Source: Gnetum montanum (Eukaryota; Plantae; Gnetophyta). From it: a DNA stretch of 64,000 nucleotides. The position numbers and the translations under genes are program-made. The DNA is taken from contig MNCI01001153.1 in assembly GCA_015680685.1 (NCBI GenBank), forward strand, positions 62,001-126,000, read 5' to 3'. Numbering within the stretch: the stretch's first letter is position 1; each line of letters begins with the position of its first letter. Shown here piece by piece: positions 39,437 through 53,700 of the stretch. The notes under the pieces are model-generated. The model saw nothing but the letters and a program-made list of their open reading frames with translations, was not told the origin of the DNA and did not search any database.

Positions 39437-40059
39437 ATGCAGGCAAACTTGTTGCAGTTCATTAGAGTGTTCAACATTAGTCATTCACTTCAACCTATCA
39501 ACAATGGTAAAAAACACTATAAGAAAACATGTGAGTGTTACATGTAACTAAGTAGCTATTTAATGTCTTTAATGTTGCTTTGAAAGGATTTAATGATGTC
39601 TCGAGCAAGGTTATGTCTCGAGGAACTTGGTTTCACGTGTTTTCTCTTCACCATTGTAGTTTAGATGGGAATTTCGATCAAGGAACCCTTCGTGATGTTT
39701 CTACCTTCAAGGTCAATAATGATCAGGCTACTTTAAGATGTTAAGGTTCTATGATAGAATGGTATTAAGTCTTAATGATTGGATATTTTGGGTCAACTTG
39801 ATCTAACAAGATCATGAGAAGGATCCATTTGGATTTTAAGGCTAGTTAAATTTGCTTCCTCATCCTTCTAGCTCAATCCTACATGATAACGTAAGCATAT
39901 CAAGTGGCACATGTGTAATAAAATTGTTAAAATAATGTAAAAGTAGTGTAAAATTCTCTAATAATAAAGTAAAGGTGGGTCAAAAAAATTAGATCAATGC
40001 CAAAAATGATCAAATCCAAGTAAAAAAAAGGTTTTAAGAGGTAGGTTAAACCAGCTAAG

Positions 40060-40460
40060 ATGAAACAAAGGCTAAATGATGTAAAATGAGGCCAAATGAT
40101 GGTTAAACCCCATCAAATGATGTGAAGTAAAATCAAACAAGCTTAACAAAGGTTGTAGCAGAGGAGTTAAGGAAACCAAGATGAAACAAGGATAAATAAT
40201 ATGGAATGAGATCAAATTAAAGCCAAATGATGGTTGAATGAGATGAAATGATGGTTAAATGAGGCCACATGCAATACAAACCTCATATAATGATGTTGAG
40301 CAAGGTTACACAAGGTCATACTGATGTCAAATAAAGTCAACTAAGGTCCAAACGATGTTAAATGATACATTCATGTGATGGAACAAGGCCAAATGTTGTG
40401 AAAATGATGAAAATGAAGCCAAATGACACCAAATGATCTAACAATAAAGGTCAGCAATGT
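40060..40460. repeat. Degenerate ~20 bp tandem repeats
   Basis: Recurrent gaggccaaatgatg(g)ttaaat variants. Confidence 0.6.
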
Positions 40461-40682
40461 GTAACAAGGTTAAAATAAGTTCAAACAAAATAGAATAAGG
40501 TAACCTATCAAGGTGAAAAACATTGGGGTAAAACATGGTCAATATTGGTTAATCAAGGTTACATTTTGCTAGTTTAAGGAATTAGTAGGCCATGGTGGGA
40601 GGCTATAGGGTTGACAAAGAAGTTTGGACACTTGGAGAGGTCATTCTAAGGCTATTTAAAGGGAAAAATGAGGCCCTTCTTG

Positions 40683-42460
40683 AAAACTATGCTAGCATTA
40701 ATAAAAAATACGTTGCCCAACATAGTTTTGGTAGGCTTCACTATAGTTTCTATTGAAATGGAAATTACAAGGTTCTTTGGAGCAAGTTTTGGATTTCTTG
40801 TAGCCTAGTTAATAATGCAGTGGACTAGGACTGGAGATTGGTCAACTTTGCCACTAGTTTGACCTTTTGAAGATACCAAATGAAATCAAAAGCTAAAAAC
40901 TACATTGGCTACAGTAGTTTTATTCAACCCTAGCATAGTTTTACATGGAAACTTGATTTCTAGCATTTCAAACTTAGAAGTTTTTTCAAGCAACCTCCAA
41001 GGTAGTACAAGCATGTCAAGGTTCTAGAATGGTCACTTGGAAGCTAAGATGAGTAGTTGAAGGTGCATTTTAGAGCTTGAACTCCAAAACTATGCTATTT
41101 AGCATAGTTTCCTTAGGTTCTAGAATGGTTTTATGGAAAAATTTTATTTGTGACATCTTAGGGTTAAAATTTATGCTCCATTAGCTTCCTAGAATAGTGC
41201 AAGGGTATTAGGGTTGTAGTCTAGTCATTCAAAGGTCAAAGAAAGTTACTGAATGTGAAGCTTAGGGTCTTGAATCTCAAAACTATGCTAGCTAGCATAG
41301 TTTTTGGTGGCCCTAGTGGATTTTGATAAAAATTGATCTTTTCATAGTCAAAACAAGCTAAAATGATAGCTAGTTTTAGGGTTTCAAGCTTCTAGGCTTC
41401 CTAGTCAAGTTTCAAGCCATTTGGAGTACTTTGCAACAATCAAATCCACTCATGAAATCAAAACTACATTGGCTAGCATAGTTTTACTCTAGTGTAGTTT
41501 TATTGAAATCTTAACTTTTGGATGGTTCAAGAGGTTAATCAACTAAGTTCTCAAACTCCTTGGGTTACTAGCACCCATAGCTAGGTTTTGGAATTAGAAT
41601 TATTGATAAGCTATTGAAGCCTTGTTACAACCACCTCACCTAATACTACACTAGCTAGCATAGTTTTAAGGGGTGCCGGTGTAGTTTTAATGAAAACTAG
41701 GATTTTCATGCTTGAAGTAAGGTTAGATGGCATCTAGTTTTGAGATTCAAGTTTCCAAGCTTCTCCATAATTCCCTAGTTGAATTTTAGGCCATCTAGAG
41801 TGTGGTTGCGGTATTAAAGATACCTTGGGAATAAAAACTATACTAGCTAGCATAGTTTTGATCTCTATCAGCCTAGTTTCAAAGGAATCTTAATTTTCAT
41901 GTAGTTTAGCATCTCAATAAACTAGGTTTCTGGGTTCCTAGGATCATTAGAATCCACGGTTAGAGTTTAGGCTTCAAATTGTTGGTTTCAAAGGTCATTT
42001 GAATCTTGATATGGTCACCCCCCTTGAAAATATGATGGCTAGCATAGTTTTGGGAGGTTCTAGCATTATTGTAAGGTAGATGATCAATTTTGGCCATTTT
42101 CAGCTTAGTTTCAATGGTTTGGAGGTCTCTAGAGGCTCTGGTAGAGTTCTAGGGTTAGGTTAACACATTTTGATATTAATTTGATTAGTTAGTAGCTCAA
42201 TTTTAAATATTCTCAAGAAAAGTACAATAGGATCACATTGTCTAGCATAGTTTTGATTATGCCCAACATAGTTTTGAGATTGAGATGATTTTTGACTTAT
42301 TTTTATATCATTGTTTGGCATCCCAAGATTACTAGAGGTTTTAAGGAGGTCTAAAGGCTAGGGTTTTCTAGTTTGAAGGTTTTTAGAGTCTCAGTTGATT
42401 CTTATGATGATCAAACTTCAAAAACTATGCTAGGACAATGCTAGCCAACATAGCTTTAAA
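40683..42460. repeat. ~190 bp-period array, each unit centred on a 26 bp palindrome
   Basis: Copies at ~40704, 40896, 41086, 41279, 41460, 41642, 41834, 42026, 42229, 42421; inferred ancestor AAAACTACGCTGGCCAGCGTAGTTTT. Confidence 0.85.
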
Positions 42461-42568
42461 GCCCTCTAGAGTGGTTTCCCAAGAATCATGAATTTTGACA
42501 TCTTTTCATAGGTTTTAGGAAGTTCCAGAGCTACTAGAGGCTCTAACTATGGTTTTGGGGCTTGGTGT

Positions 42569-43936
42569 TGAAATGCTAGAAAATTATCATGTTGTAACCT
42601 TTGTAGCCCCATCCCATGAAACCCAAGGTAAAATCTCATTGTAAATGTAAAGGTTGTGACTCATGAGGAGTAATCTCACATATTTCATATTTTTAGAGCT
42701 CAAAAATGCTTCATCAGTGCTGAAGCCTCATTCCCCAAGTGAAAAGAGTCACCTAGTGCCTATATTTGGGCTTGGGGAAGTTAAAAATGTCTTTTTGGAA
42801 TACCAAAAATGGTAATTTGATGGGTTTTATGGTGGGTATACACTTTTCTATTTTGACAACTCCTATAGGAGGTAAGATAGTGTGGAGACATCAAAGCTAG
42901 CATGGAGGAGTGTAGGGGAGTGGATCTCTCCTATCCCCAGCATGGAAAGAAGGGTAACTCATCTTGGAAATGTTTGGCATGCATCCCTAGCATTGATCTC
43001 TCATGCCCCTCAATGTGGACACCTCCTCCCTAGCATGGAAGAAACATGGACAAGATTTTAATAAAAAATTTAGCATTGACACTCTTCCCCTAGCATGGAG
43101 GGATAATTTAGGATGAAGGGATTTGTTAGCATGGAAGCATGGGGATGCATCTCACTGATCCCTCCTAAATGTGGTAGTAATTTGCAACCAATCTCTTAGC
43201 CATTTGCAACCAATTTGCAACCCAAATCATGGCCAAAACCCTATAAAATCCAAACCTTAACATCATTTTAAGGGTCCACACCCTTGGCATTTGCACACTT
43301 TGAGTATTTTGGCATCCAAAAGCTCTTTCTTTGTAGTAGAAACATAGTTTTTTTGGGATTTAATAGCATGTAACTATTGTAGCCTTATCTCCCTTGTTAT
43401 CCCCTTGGGATTTGTGATCTTGAAGTGTCAATGTTACCTCCATGGGATCCCCAAATCTTAGCATTGAGCATCTTGATAGCCTTATTTTTGACATCTCCTA
43501 ATCCCAAAAGTGGCTCGAGTTGTAGATTTGAAATAGTAGTAGAGAAGGTTCAAAAACATCAAGACTGGCTAAGCATTTGAATTGTGGAGTAGATTGTATC
43601 TTCTTCAATGGACTTAGAACCCCCACCCAAGTGAACTCCCCTTTTCTCTCCTACAAGCACTCTTGTACACATTCCTAAACTCATTCTTTGTTTAATTAGT
43701 GAATTTTATAGTTTAAATTTGTGTGTATTTTGCGTTCATTTTGGGTTTTAGATTTGTAAATTTTTACATTTTTACACCTTTATTTTACATCATTCCTAAG
43801 TCCTTGGATGATCTATGAGACTGTCTAGGGCACCTTGAATCTCATTTTGTCTTGAAGGTTCTAGGAATTTGGGGTTGATGCTATTTGTGGTTGAGAATCC
43901 TTGGTTTCTTAGTGACCAAGATATTCCATTGCAATA
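42569..43936 (+). repeat. 5' LTR of element B
   Basis: Ends ttccattgcaata (decayed TGCAACA) before the PBS; homologous to 37103-38351; start approximate. Confidence 0.7.
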
Positions 43937-43942
43937 GTGTAT

Positions 43943-43959
43943 TTGCACTAGAAGAAGGA
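43943..43959 (+). promoter_or_regulatory. Degenerate tRNA-Asn-type PBS of element B
   Basis: ttgcactagaagaagga vs TGGCGCTAGAAGGAGGG, 6 nt after the LTR. Confidence 0.65.
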
Positions 43960-44962
43960 CCGTTTCCCAATTTCTATGGCCAAATCTATCTCCCTTATTG
44001 CTAGCATTGCTTATCCTTTGAAAGTTTTTGATTTTTGCAACAAAAACCTTGAAATCCTCTTGAAAGCCCAATGCTACCCCTCACCCCCTATAATAAGAAC
44101 TCTATCATGAAAGTTGCATGTGGTTGGATGTTCACAACATTAGTTGTAAATTACCAAAGCCAAAGCCAACTTTAATCACCCACATACCAACAACCCATCT
44201 CTTGCTGCCATTTTCACACCAAAACCAACATTGGTTTTGTTACCAACCAAAAATCCTTTTCCCCATTCCTTGTTGTGGAATTTGGTAGCTTGCCAAAACC
44301 ATTTTGAGAAATTTTTAGGTTTCTATTTTGACTATCAAACTTTCTCCCTTTTTACCAACATTATTTTTAGAAGGTGTGAGATCCCCCCATCTCATCCCCT
44401 CTTTTTCTCCTACCACATTTGGAGGTGTGATAGCTTGGTGAAGCTTGGTGTCAACATTCTCAGCTTTTCATTTCTAGAAAAAGGGGTGTACCCCTCTTTG
44501 GTCCTCATTTACTAGTTATAGTAAGTAACCTTTTTTTGGCTATGTTTGCTTCTTTTCACCAAATTTAAACTTTTTGATAATTTTAATTACAAGAATTTTC
44601 ACTCTTTTCTCCACCTATCTAATAGCTTTTTGCACCCCCTCCCCTCATCTTTTCACCAATGTTGGTTTTGGAAGGTGTGAGATCTCCCTAACTCATCGCT
44701 GCTTTTTAGCCCTTGCCACATTCAAGGGTGTGACAGCTAGAAAGCTAGTATGTGTGAAGTTTGATACCACCTTTCCACTTTTTCATTTTTGACAAAGGGA
44801 TATGCCCCCTTATCCCCCTGCACCCCCACATGCTATTTATCATAAGTACTTCATTATCAACCATTTTTATTGCTTTAGATCATTTTTGAATTCAACGTAT
44901 TGGGATTTGCTTCTATTTTTTCCTTTTATAGTCTATTTTAAGCCATCTTCACCATAATAGCC

Positions 44963-46920
44963 ATGTCTTTGACACAATCAACCAAGTTTTCTTTCACCTA
45001 CATTGATGAAGGGTCTAACCATCAAGCCATGATGATCTAAAATCCTAAAGACCCTACTATCATAGAGTGTAGGTAGTCTTTGAGGGTTATGGGAAAAATT
45101 CTTGATTTGTCAGCCATAAATGAAGATCATTACAACTACATTTGTGACAAAATGTAGGATGGCATGTTGATTCCATATCTAGAGGAAGAAGCTAAAAGGG
45201 ATTTTGAACTCATCCATTGTAATGGCAAAGAGTATATCCCTTCCCCATATGACTAGATACCCCTCAACAATATCTATGCTAGCATCTTAGCTTAATTGAT
45301 TAAGATGGAGAAGGATGATGATAAGCATAGCTTGAAGGAATAATAGGAAGAGGAGGATGAGTTTAGGAAAGAATTTGAGCCTAAAAACATCCTAGGAGGG
45401 TTGTTCCAATAAACATCACCCAATGCCATAGTGCCTTCCTCTAACACCTTTGTTTTCTCTATGGGCCTAGTGCCACCATATTCTACACCCTCCTACCTTA
45501 CTACAATTGATCCCATGCCAATCATTGCCATGCGCTAAGCACAATTGGTGTCATAGCCAACCACCTTCCATTTCTCCATGTCATGGTTAGTACAAACAAC
45601 GATGCTAGTGGCTACTACCACTAACCTATTGACCAGCCATGTGGGACCTACCATGGGAACTCAAGTAACCCATGGATTAGATACTACATTTTTCCCATTT
45701 GTGTCTTAGATACCAACACAAACTTCTTTCTACTTATTTGGTCCACAAACTACAACCATGAAGCAGTTGCTCCCTTCCATTCTACAACCAATTGCAAGGT
45801 CACAAGCCTTACAACAAATACCATAGCCATATGTACAAGCCTTGTAGCAAATAGGGCCATCACAATGCCTAAATTAGGTCTTCTAGATGATCTAGAACCT
45901 AATGCAGGAGTTGAAGAGGCTCAAAGCCTCTACTTCTTAAAGTTTCAAGATCATGGATTTTTACCAAGATGATTCCATTAGTCTTGTGGTCCCACCCTTA
46001 ACACTTCCTCTTAGTATGCCTATTCCCTAATTCAGTAAGTATAATGGAGAAGGTGATTCCAGCACTCACCATATAGCCTTTTGATTCGAGTGCTTGTTGT
46101 TGCAGCCATGGCCTCATACTATCATAAGGATTTTCCCTATGTTCTTGACTGGTAAAATGCTTAATTAGTACCATGCCTTACCTAGAGGATCCATATCCTC
46201 TCTTGAGGACTTGATAGCCTAGTTTGTTAACTACTTCAAGTATAACTTGAAGCCTAACACCACACTTAACTGACTGATGAAGGTTAAGTAGGAACCTCTA
46301 AAACTTGTGTAGAAGTTCATCAAATGATGGAATAGTCTACTCAATAAAATATTGAAGCCTATAGCTAAAACACACCTATTGGCTATATTTAAGAAGATGA
46401 TTAATGACTTTATCAAGTCCAAGCTTTATTTTCCCATGCACCATTGTTGAACAATTAGGCTTGATGGAGTAGATACAACACACATCAACAAGCACTCTCA
46501 AGTCTTCAATATATTGAGGGTTGCTATCAAGGGATCTATCTCCTTGGATTTTGTGCCAAGGAAGTAATTTGCCCTAAACCATGGATTTCTTAGTGGTGGA
46601 GAAGATGCCATGGTTTAACCTTATCCTAGGAAGACCTTGTTTAGCTTATTTACAAGATGTGTCCTCACCCATCCACCAAGAGATTCACCTTCCTTATGAG
46701 GAAGGTAAAATCATCATCCATTGTGATAACATGATGCCCTTGGTTGTTAACAACATGAACATAGAGTAGGGATTTGAATTGAAGCTTCAGGAGGACGCTC
46801 CTAGCAATAAAATCTAGTAGAAAGCCAAGAATGATAATGATAGGTAGAAGGATGCATTATGGGATGAAATCCCTTTTAACATCATCAATGAAGGTGATGG
46901 AAAATACAAACTTGTGCAAA
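44963..46920 (+). pseudogene. gag fused by internal deletion to the C-terminal half of protease (element B)
   Basis: FYQDDSIS..KYNGEGDSSTH..ECLLLQPWPH matches element A gag; after KSKLY (~46430) the sequence jumps to IVEQLGL..DFLVVEKMPWFNLILGRP. Confidence 0.85.
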
Positions 46921-47770
46921 GTATACCTTACTCATTCCTTAACCTTTCAAAGATTAGGAAGAGTCTACACAAGTGAAGTACACCTTGACCCTTCCACCCC
47001 ATGCCCTTATAACCATATAATTGATAGTCATGCAGCCTAAATTTTTTTATTGACTTATTATTCTTTTTATATGTGTTATTTTACTCTTTATGCATGTAGC
47101 CTAAGTTTCTAATTTTATTTGCATTTTACTTATTACAACCTTTTTTATATTTACTTTTCTACATGTTTTAAACATCAAAAAGCCTTATAAAAATTTCAAA
47201 ACTAGAAAAAGCCATAAAAATCATAACACAAAAAATCACCAAAAACATAAGTTTCCTTTTATACCAAGGACCTTCATGGCCTAAAACTAGCAAACCTATG
47301 GATTGCCAAGGCCATAAACTAGCATCATGTCCTACTAAAGCATTAAACTAACACTGTAGTCTACTAAGACTTTAAACTAACATTTTGGCCACCATGGCCT
47401 TAAACTAGTAATAAATGTGTGACCCACCATGGCTTAAAAATGGTAAGAAACCCTTATATTATTGCCATTTATAATTTTATAGCCTAACATAGCCAACATA
47501 GTCATTAGTAGTGTAGCCTAGTTTACAACATTTATAACCTTAAAAACTTAAAGAAATAAAGCAATCAACAATAGATATAGCAAATACTAAAATTAAAAGT
47601 TAAAATTTAAAACATCTATAGCCATGAACAAATTTTGTGGCATGAATGTCAAAACAAGAAACCATAAATGTTAAAATGTCTACAACTCAAGCATTGGCCA
47701 AAATAGGCCATACAACATCCAACATAAAATAAACCAGACTAAAAATCATCAAAGACTATCACATCATGCA

Positions 47771-50700
47771 TTAGGTGGTGCCAAGGAGGCTTCCAGAGGA
47801 GGAGGTGATGGTGCATTATCATCACCTAGACTGCTGGGGCCACCAACATCATATGGTGCCTATGACATAATAACACACAATCAATCAGTAACCAACATAA
47901 CTAAAACCATGACATAAACTATGCAAGACTAAAAACTTAAAACATAAAACATAAATGCCATCAAAATTATGGGGAATCTAGTGCTATAAAATCTTAGGGA
48001 AGATGGTGAAGGCTACTCTCCAAACATTGGAGAATTTGTTCTTCTATCATATTTGCCCAGTCAATGTCTACAAAATTTATGCCCATGAAGATGTTGGTTC
48101 TATCTACACCCATCCATTATGGAATCTCCTATGAAATTGTAGCTATAGAGACCTCATCCATAGCTATAGTAATCTAAGGAGTAGGAGACTAAACCACTTT
48201 TAAAATTCTTTCAAAGATGTTGAAAGCACTCTTAGTTTGAATGCCCTAGATAAACAAATCTCTCTTCTATTGCTCAATCATCTTCTTCTTTAGCCACTTT
48301 AGGTATGCCTTCCGATGGGCCTTATACTTACACTTGTGATCCTTGTATGTCTTACCCCACTCTAGGACCCAAGCACTATAATCATTCCAATCCTATGCCT
48401 TTCAAAAGATCAAGTTCATTTGCTTCTACTACTCATGCAACTCTCAAGAGAGGGCAACCTTATCATGCATGGTGCACTAGTAGCAAGCCCACATGCTCTC
48501 TTTGGTCTATAAGACCCTTGAGTTCTTCACTTGGGCCTTCACAAAGGCCTTATGTTTCTCAAGATCGTAGATCCTCTTGGCTTGCCTTTTATTTTCCTCC
48601 TTTAAGAAAACAACCTATTCTCATAGGGATTCGTTGGATTGTTAAATCTCCCATAAAGCTTTTGCACATGAAACTGCTAGATCAATGATAGTTTTTTATA
48701 GCTTTAGGAGAACATGTGGGGCGTTAGGAGGAATATTAGGCAAGGAATAAAACTCCATGTCTTGGGCTAGGTCCTATGTATTGATGGTACTAAAAACAAC
48801 AAAAATATAACCTTAAACATGATATACAACCTAAGGTAGCTATAGCATAAAATATAACTTGTAGACAAACAACTAAGGCATAGAAAAACATGGTTCTTAC
48901 CAATCTTGGATGCAACCTATTGTAACTAATCAAAAATTTCCTTTGCCATTCTGTTCATGAATTCTATCTTGTTTGGGATCTCTACCCATGATTTCATGTA
49001 AAATGTGGATGTACAGGCCTCTACTAATGGCTTAGAAACTATGATAAGCATAACAATCATTGGATAAGTAATAACTATGAAATTAAACATAAAACCATAG
49101 GAAACAATGAGTAGAGCATAGGTATACCTACATTATTATTCTCATCATCATCATCAATGATTTCAATTGGAGGCTCCCTAGGAAATGGTTAACTAAACAA
49201 GGTGTCAAGATCATCCATATCCTATTGCAAGAGTGCCTCCTTTGCATACCTTTGTTCTTCCTCTACTACAATAGCTATGCATCTCTACTCCTCCTCCTCT
49301 ACACATTTATGTGCCTTATTTGCTTACCTTTGCTCTTCTTCCACAATGGCAACTTGAGCTACCAACTTTCACCACTGACCTATAGCCATAACCCATTAGG
49401 CAAGTTAGCATGTATATTCATAGAACATAACATAGCCAAAAATGTTAAGAACATAGTTAAAGCATACCTATGACTATCTATTCCAAGGAAGGGATTTTAA
49501 AGATGATCCTTTACATGAGGGATTGCTCTATTGCTAGTAGTGCTTCCTCTATGGGCCACTTCAAACTAGCCTTATCTACCCTAGTGGCCTCAGCATGAAA
49601 CTATTGGGCTCTCTTTATGTTTGTTGGAAATGTTAAAGGTGCCTCCTCCATGTTGTCAAGGAATTAATACCAATAGACACTAAGGTTCTTGGTGGTCATA
49701 GATAGTGAATCTCCCATGACCTCTAATGGGTTTTGAGCCTCAATAGCTAGATAAAGCTATTTTATCCAAAGCTTGAAGAGCTATTTTGGGTCCTAGCACA
49801 ACCATGACCCACTCCCCTTCACCACCAAGAATTCTGTGAACCTTTTTAGATAGCTTGCAAAAAAAGCATAGTGCATGTGGACTATTATAGAGGAGTCCAC
49901 ATGAAGTTTGAGGATTTCCTCTTTGAGGCCCATAACCAAAGAAGTAGCCTAGTTAAAATGAGTTCCCTGTATCAAGACCTCCTTAAGGCTCCATCCATAT
50001 GCAATGCCAAAGATCTTATTTTGCAAAAATAATTTAGAAAAGGCCTTGGACCTAAATAAGGAATAAGATCCCCCTACATTAGATTTTGTAAATCTATCAA
50101 GAGAAAGTTCAGAGTGGCCTTTGTTGGCACCAAACCACTGCTCAACTTTTGCACAATGGTTGGCCTCCTTCATTTGTTTGGTGGAAATTATTATCCTATT
50201 AATGGGTATACCAAATATGTCATGAAAGGTGGTCTCACAAATGGAAATGGTAATTAGCATGCCTTGCACTATGGTGCAGAACACATTGGTTTCTTTGTCA
50301 AAAGAATTAATGATGTTCAATATCTCTGTAGAAGGGACAATAGGGCTAGGTGCCATAAAGACCTGGAGCAAACCTACATATGTGATGTTTGCTTGAATGT
50401 TCTTAGGCACATGCTCCCTCAACCACTCTTGTAGTAGTTCCACTTTTATTCTTCTTGTTTGGTGAGGCTTAGGTGTGGTTTTCAATAGTGACACCCATAT
50501 CTTTAATAGACTTGGAAGCTACCTACCATATATGTGCTATTTTGGCAACCATACAATTCTTGTAAATAGGGTCAAATCTAGTGGGCTATTCATCAAATTT
50601 TCCTCTTAACTATTTAAAGATAACTTATCTAATCTTGGGTCCTTTTGTGAATTCATTTAATGTGTTATGGGTTAGTGCTAAGGTTTGATCATTCTTGATC

Positions 50701-53700
50701 AAGCCTTTCTCATTAATCCTATACCTACAAGATACATGTGAAACCAACAAGTTATGAAAGAAGACTAAATTAGATAAGGCCAAAACATTAGAACCTATAG
50801 TAGTCATGCTTATCCCTATAATTGGTACACAGTGCCTAGAGGATTATAAAATAAAGAGTGGGCTCTTTTTACCATCATTAGAGTGTTATTCATGTTGTAC
50901 CATGAATACTCTGGCATCATCCAAATATCTTAGAGGTATCGTGCACTGATGTTATCTACTGGCTTTCTTGCTACTCAAGTCTATGGGTTATCAGTTATAA
51001 ATTGAGCAACCAGACATGCAAACCTAGGTAGTAGGATCTCCACTATGACTATAGCTACTTCTACAATCAAGTGTGACCACACTATCACACTAAGATTCTA
51101 CAAAAGGTAGGTAAGGAAATCCATGGCCCCTAAATGAAACCATAGAGACACCTTATCCAGTTCCATGTTAGGTAGGGGGATGTGGGTCGTGGGCTAGCCG
51201 ATACAACATAGAATGTGAACAAAATCCACCATGATGAGGATTGACTTCATCAAGACCCTGTAGGAGGAAAACATGAACACCATTAGAATCACATTCCACT
51301 ACTTAGAATTTCTTAACAAGTTTTATCCATCCTAGTTGGGGGTGAGATTAGCCCCTATAAAAAGCTCTAAGATGTTTATTCAAATTTGCTTAAGAAAATC
51401 CACAAAATCATTATTATAACCTTTCATATCCTTTTATTTCATAGCCAAAATATTATAGCAAAAGCATCATAGCCAGAATTATGCCTTAGTCTAAACCATG
51501 CATTAACTTAGAAAAAGTGTTAAAACATAGAGAAAACTACCATAGTAAAAAACCTTAATAAATCTAGTAAAAATATTTTTTTCTCATGAAACCAAACTTT
51601 AGAGCATAATGTACATGTTTGGGCCTTTCTAAGGACATGGAAGTTGATAAGAGAAAACTCTAATTATGTCAAAGACATTCATCTCCAAATGGGTAAATTA
51701 CTACAACCAAAATTAAGCCTTATTAACATACCCTTGATAAAAAAATTACTATAAATTCATCCAAGCTTAATTTTAGTGATTCCATCATAGAAGAAATCTT
51801 GAAATTATAAGCTTTTTAGTAATGGCCATTACAACTAGAAACACATAGCCATTTTTATATTAAACATAGCCAAAAATAGGAAAACCTTAATTGTCAACCT
51901 TAACCCTCTTTCACATAGAGTTGGTAGAAAATTTATTTAAAATTTGTTTAAGCTTCAAACGAAGTGATTCCATCACCATTTGAAAGCTTGAATTGATCCC
52001 TATGCACCCATTCTTAAAAAAATTCAAAACTACTATATTTTATTTAGAAGAAATTCATTAATTTGGTTGAAAATCTAAAAAAAAGGCACAAACCCTAATT
52101 ACACAACAAAATTGAAATAGTCATAACTTCATCGATATTTTTCCAAATAAAACATGATCATAGCCATTGGAAAGCTTAAATGTACCTTAGGAACCCATAA
52201 CATTAGATTTTACCAACATTAAGCCTTTTTATTAATAAAAAATACATAACTTTGCTTATTTTTTGTATTAAAAAAACATCAAAAAACACAAAATATAACT
52301 TGATTCAACCATAGATTACAACCAAAATGGTCAAAGAAACTTCTACCCACCACAAAACACATCAAAATAAGGGGGTAGGATTTTGTTAAAATTTTGTTTT
52401 GACAAGTCCTTCATCCTAGATCTAGGAAAAATGACCCCATGATCAAAATTTTAGAAAAAAGCACCAAAACAGCAAGTCTAATTTCAAAAATCAAATCTAC
52501 CAAGGCATAAACAAAAAAATAACCCTATTTCTACATGAAAATGGCCAAAATATAATGTAGGCTTTCATTGGAATTTAATGTTTTCAAGCCCTTTTGAGTA
52601 GATTTAACAAAAATGGCCTTTCCTAGATAGGAAAACAAAAAAAATGACTAGGAAATCATGGAAAAAAGCCAAGAATGACTTACCTTGGTGTACCATCCGA
52701 AATCGTCAGTGAGAGGTTAGAATGAATGGACACAGAGAGATCTACATATGAAACAGTAAGATCCTACCTTCACTTAAGGGTAAGCTGGAAATCAACAAAG
52801 GCAAAGTGCCTTGAATGGTCCGCACATAGATCAAACGAGGACTTCCCTAAACATATGCAATTGCAATGCATTGGCTTATACATAAACAAATGCAAAACTG
52901 AACGTAAATGAATGAAAACGAATGTAAACTTTTTAAATGATAAATAATGAAAAAATGAAAAAATGTGAATAGGAAAAATAATGTAAACAGTAAGAATCTG
53001 GGCAATAATGCAAACTATTTGTATTGATAAACAATTAAAATGTGCATCGGTCAGAACATAGTTGCGGAGTGGTCGCAAGGCGGACGTTTAGCCCCGATGG
53101 ATGAGAACAGATGCTAGGAAGATGCAAGTTTTGGATTTCAGGTATACAGTGTCCAAGTCTATAAGAAGCCTAGTGTATGAGATTGATGCCCAAATTTCTT
53201 AAGTGTGTGAGATTCAAATTTTTTGAACCCTCATTTAATGGAAAAATAGGAGATTTATAGGATTTTAGGTGCGAGATTCGAATCTGGGAGAAGATTAGTG
53301 GCTGCGGGATAAGAAAACTTCAGATCAGGTGACAAGTGTGTGCATTGATTGGATGCATGAAATTTTACAATGTACAGTGTGTAGCGTGACCAAGATCTCT
53401 TATGCTGACGTGTGTAATCCACAATGTTAAGAGATTGATACGTTGAAAACTGCAAAATGTACAAAGAATGTTAAAGTATAAGAGTGGATCTAGATGTCTA
53501 GCCTCTGGATCTATACTAACATCAACATCTAGCATCCAACATTCCAGGGTGTCAGTGTGACCATCATCCCAGGGTGTCAGTGTAAACATCATCCCAGGGT
53601 GTCAATGTGACCATCGTCCCAGGGTGTCAGCGTGACCATCAACATGTCCAATGTTTATGGTGTATTTTGAGCCCATTTTGACCCATGAGACCCATTTTCG

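Noticed and set aside
40683-42460. CRISPR-like array (palindromic repeats with spacers)
   Set aside because: Spacers are ~165 bp and resemble each other, repeats are degenerate, there are no cas genes, and the context is a plant retrotransposon
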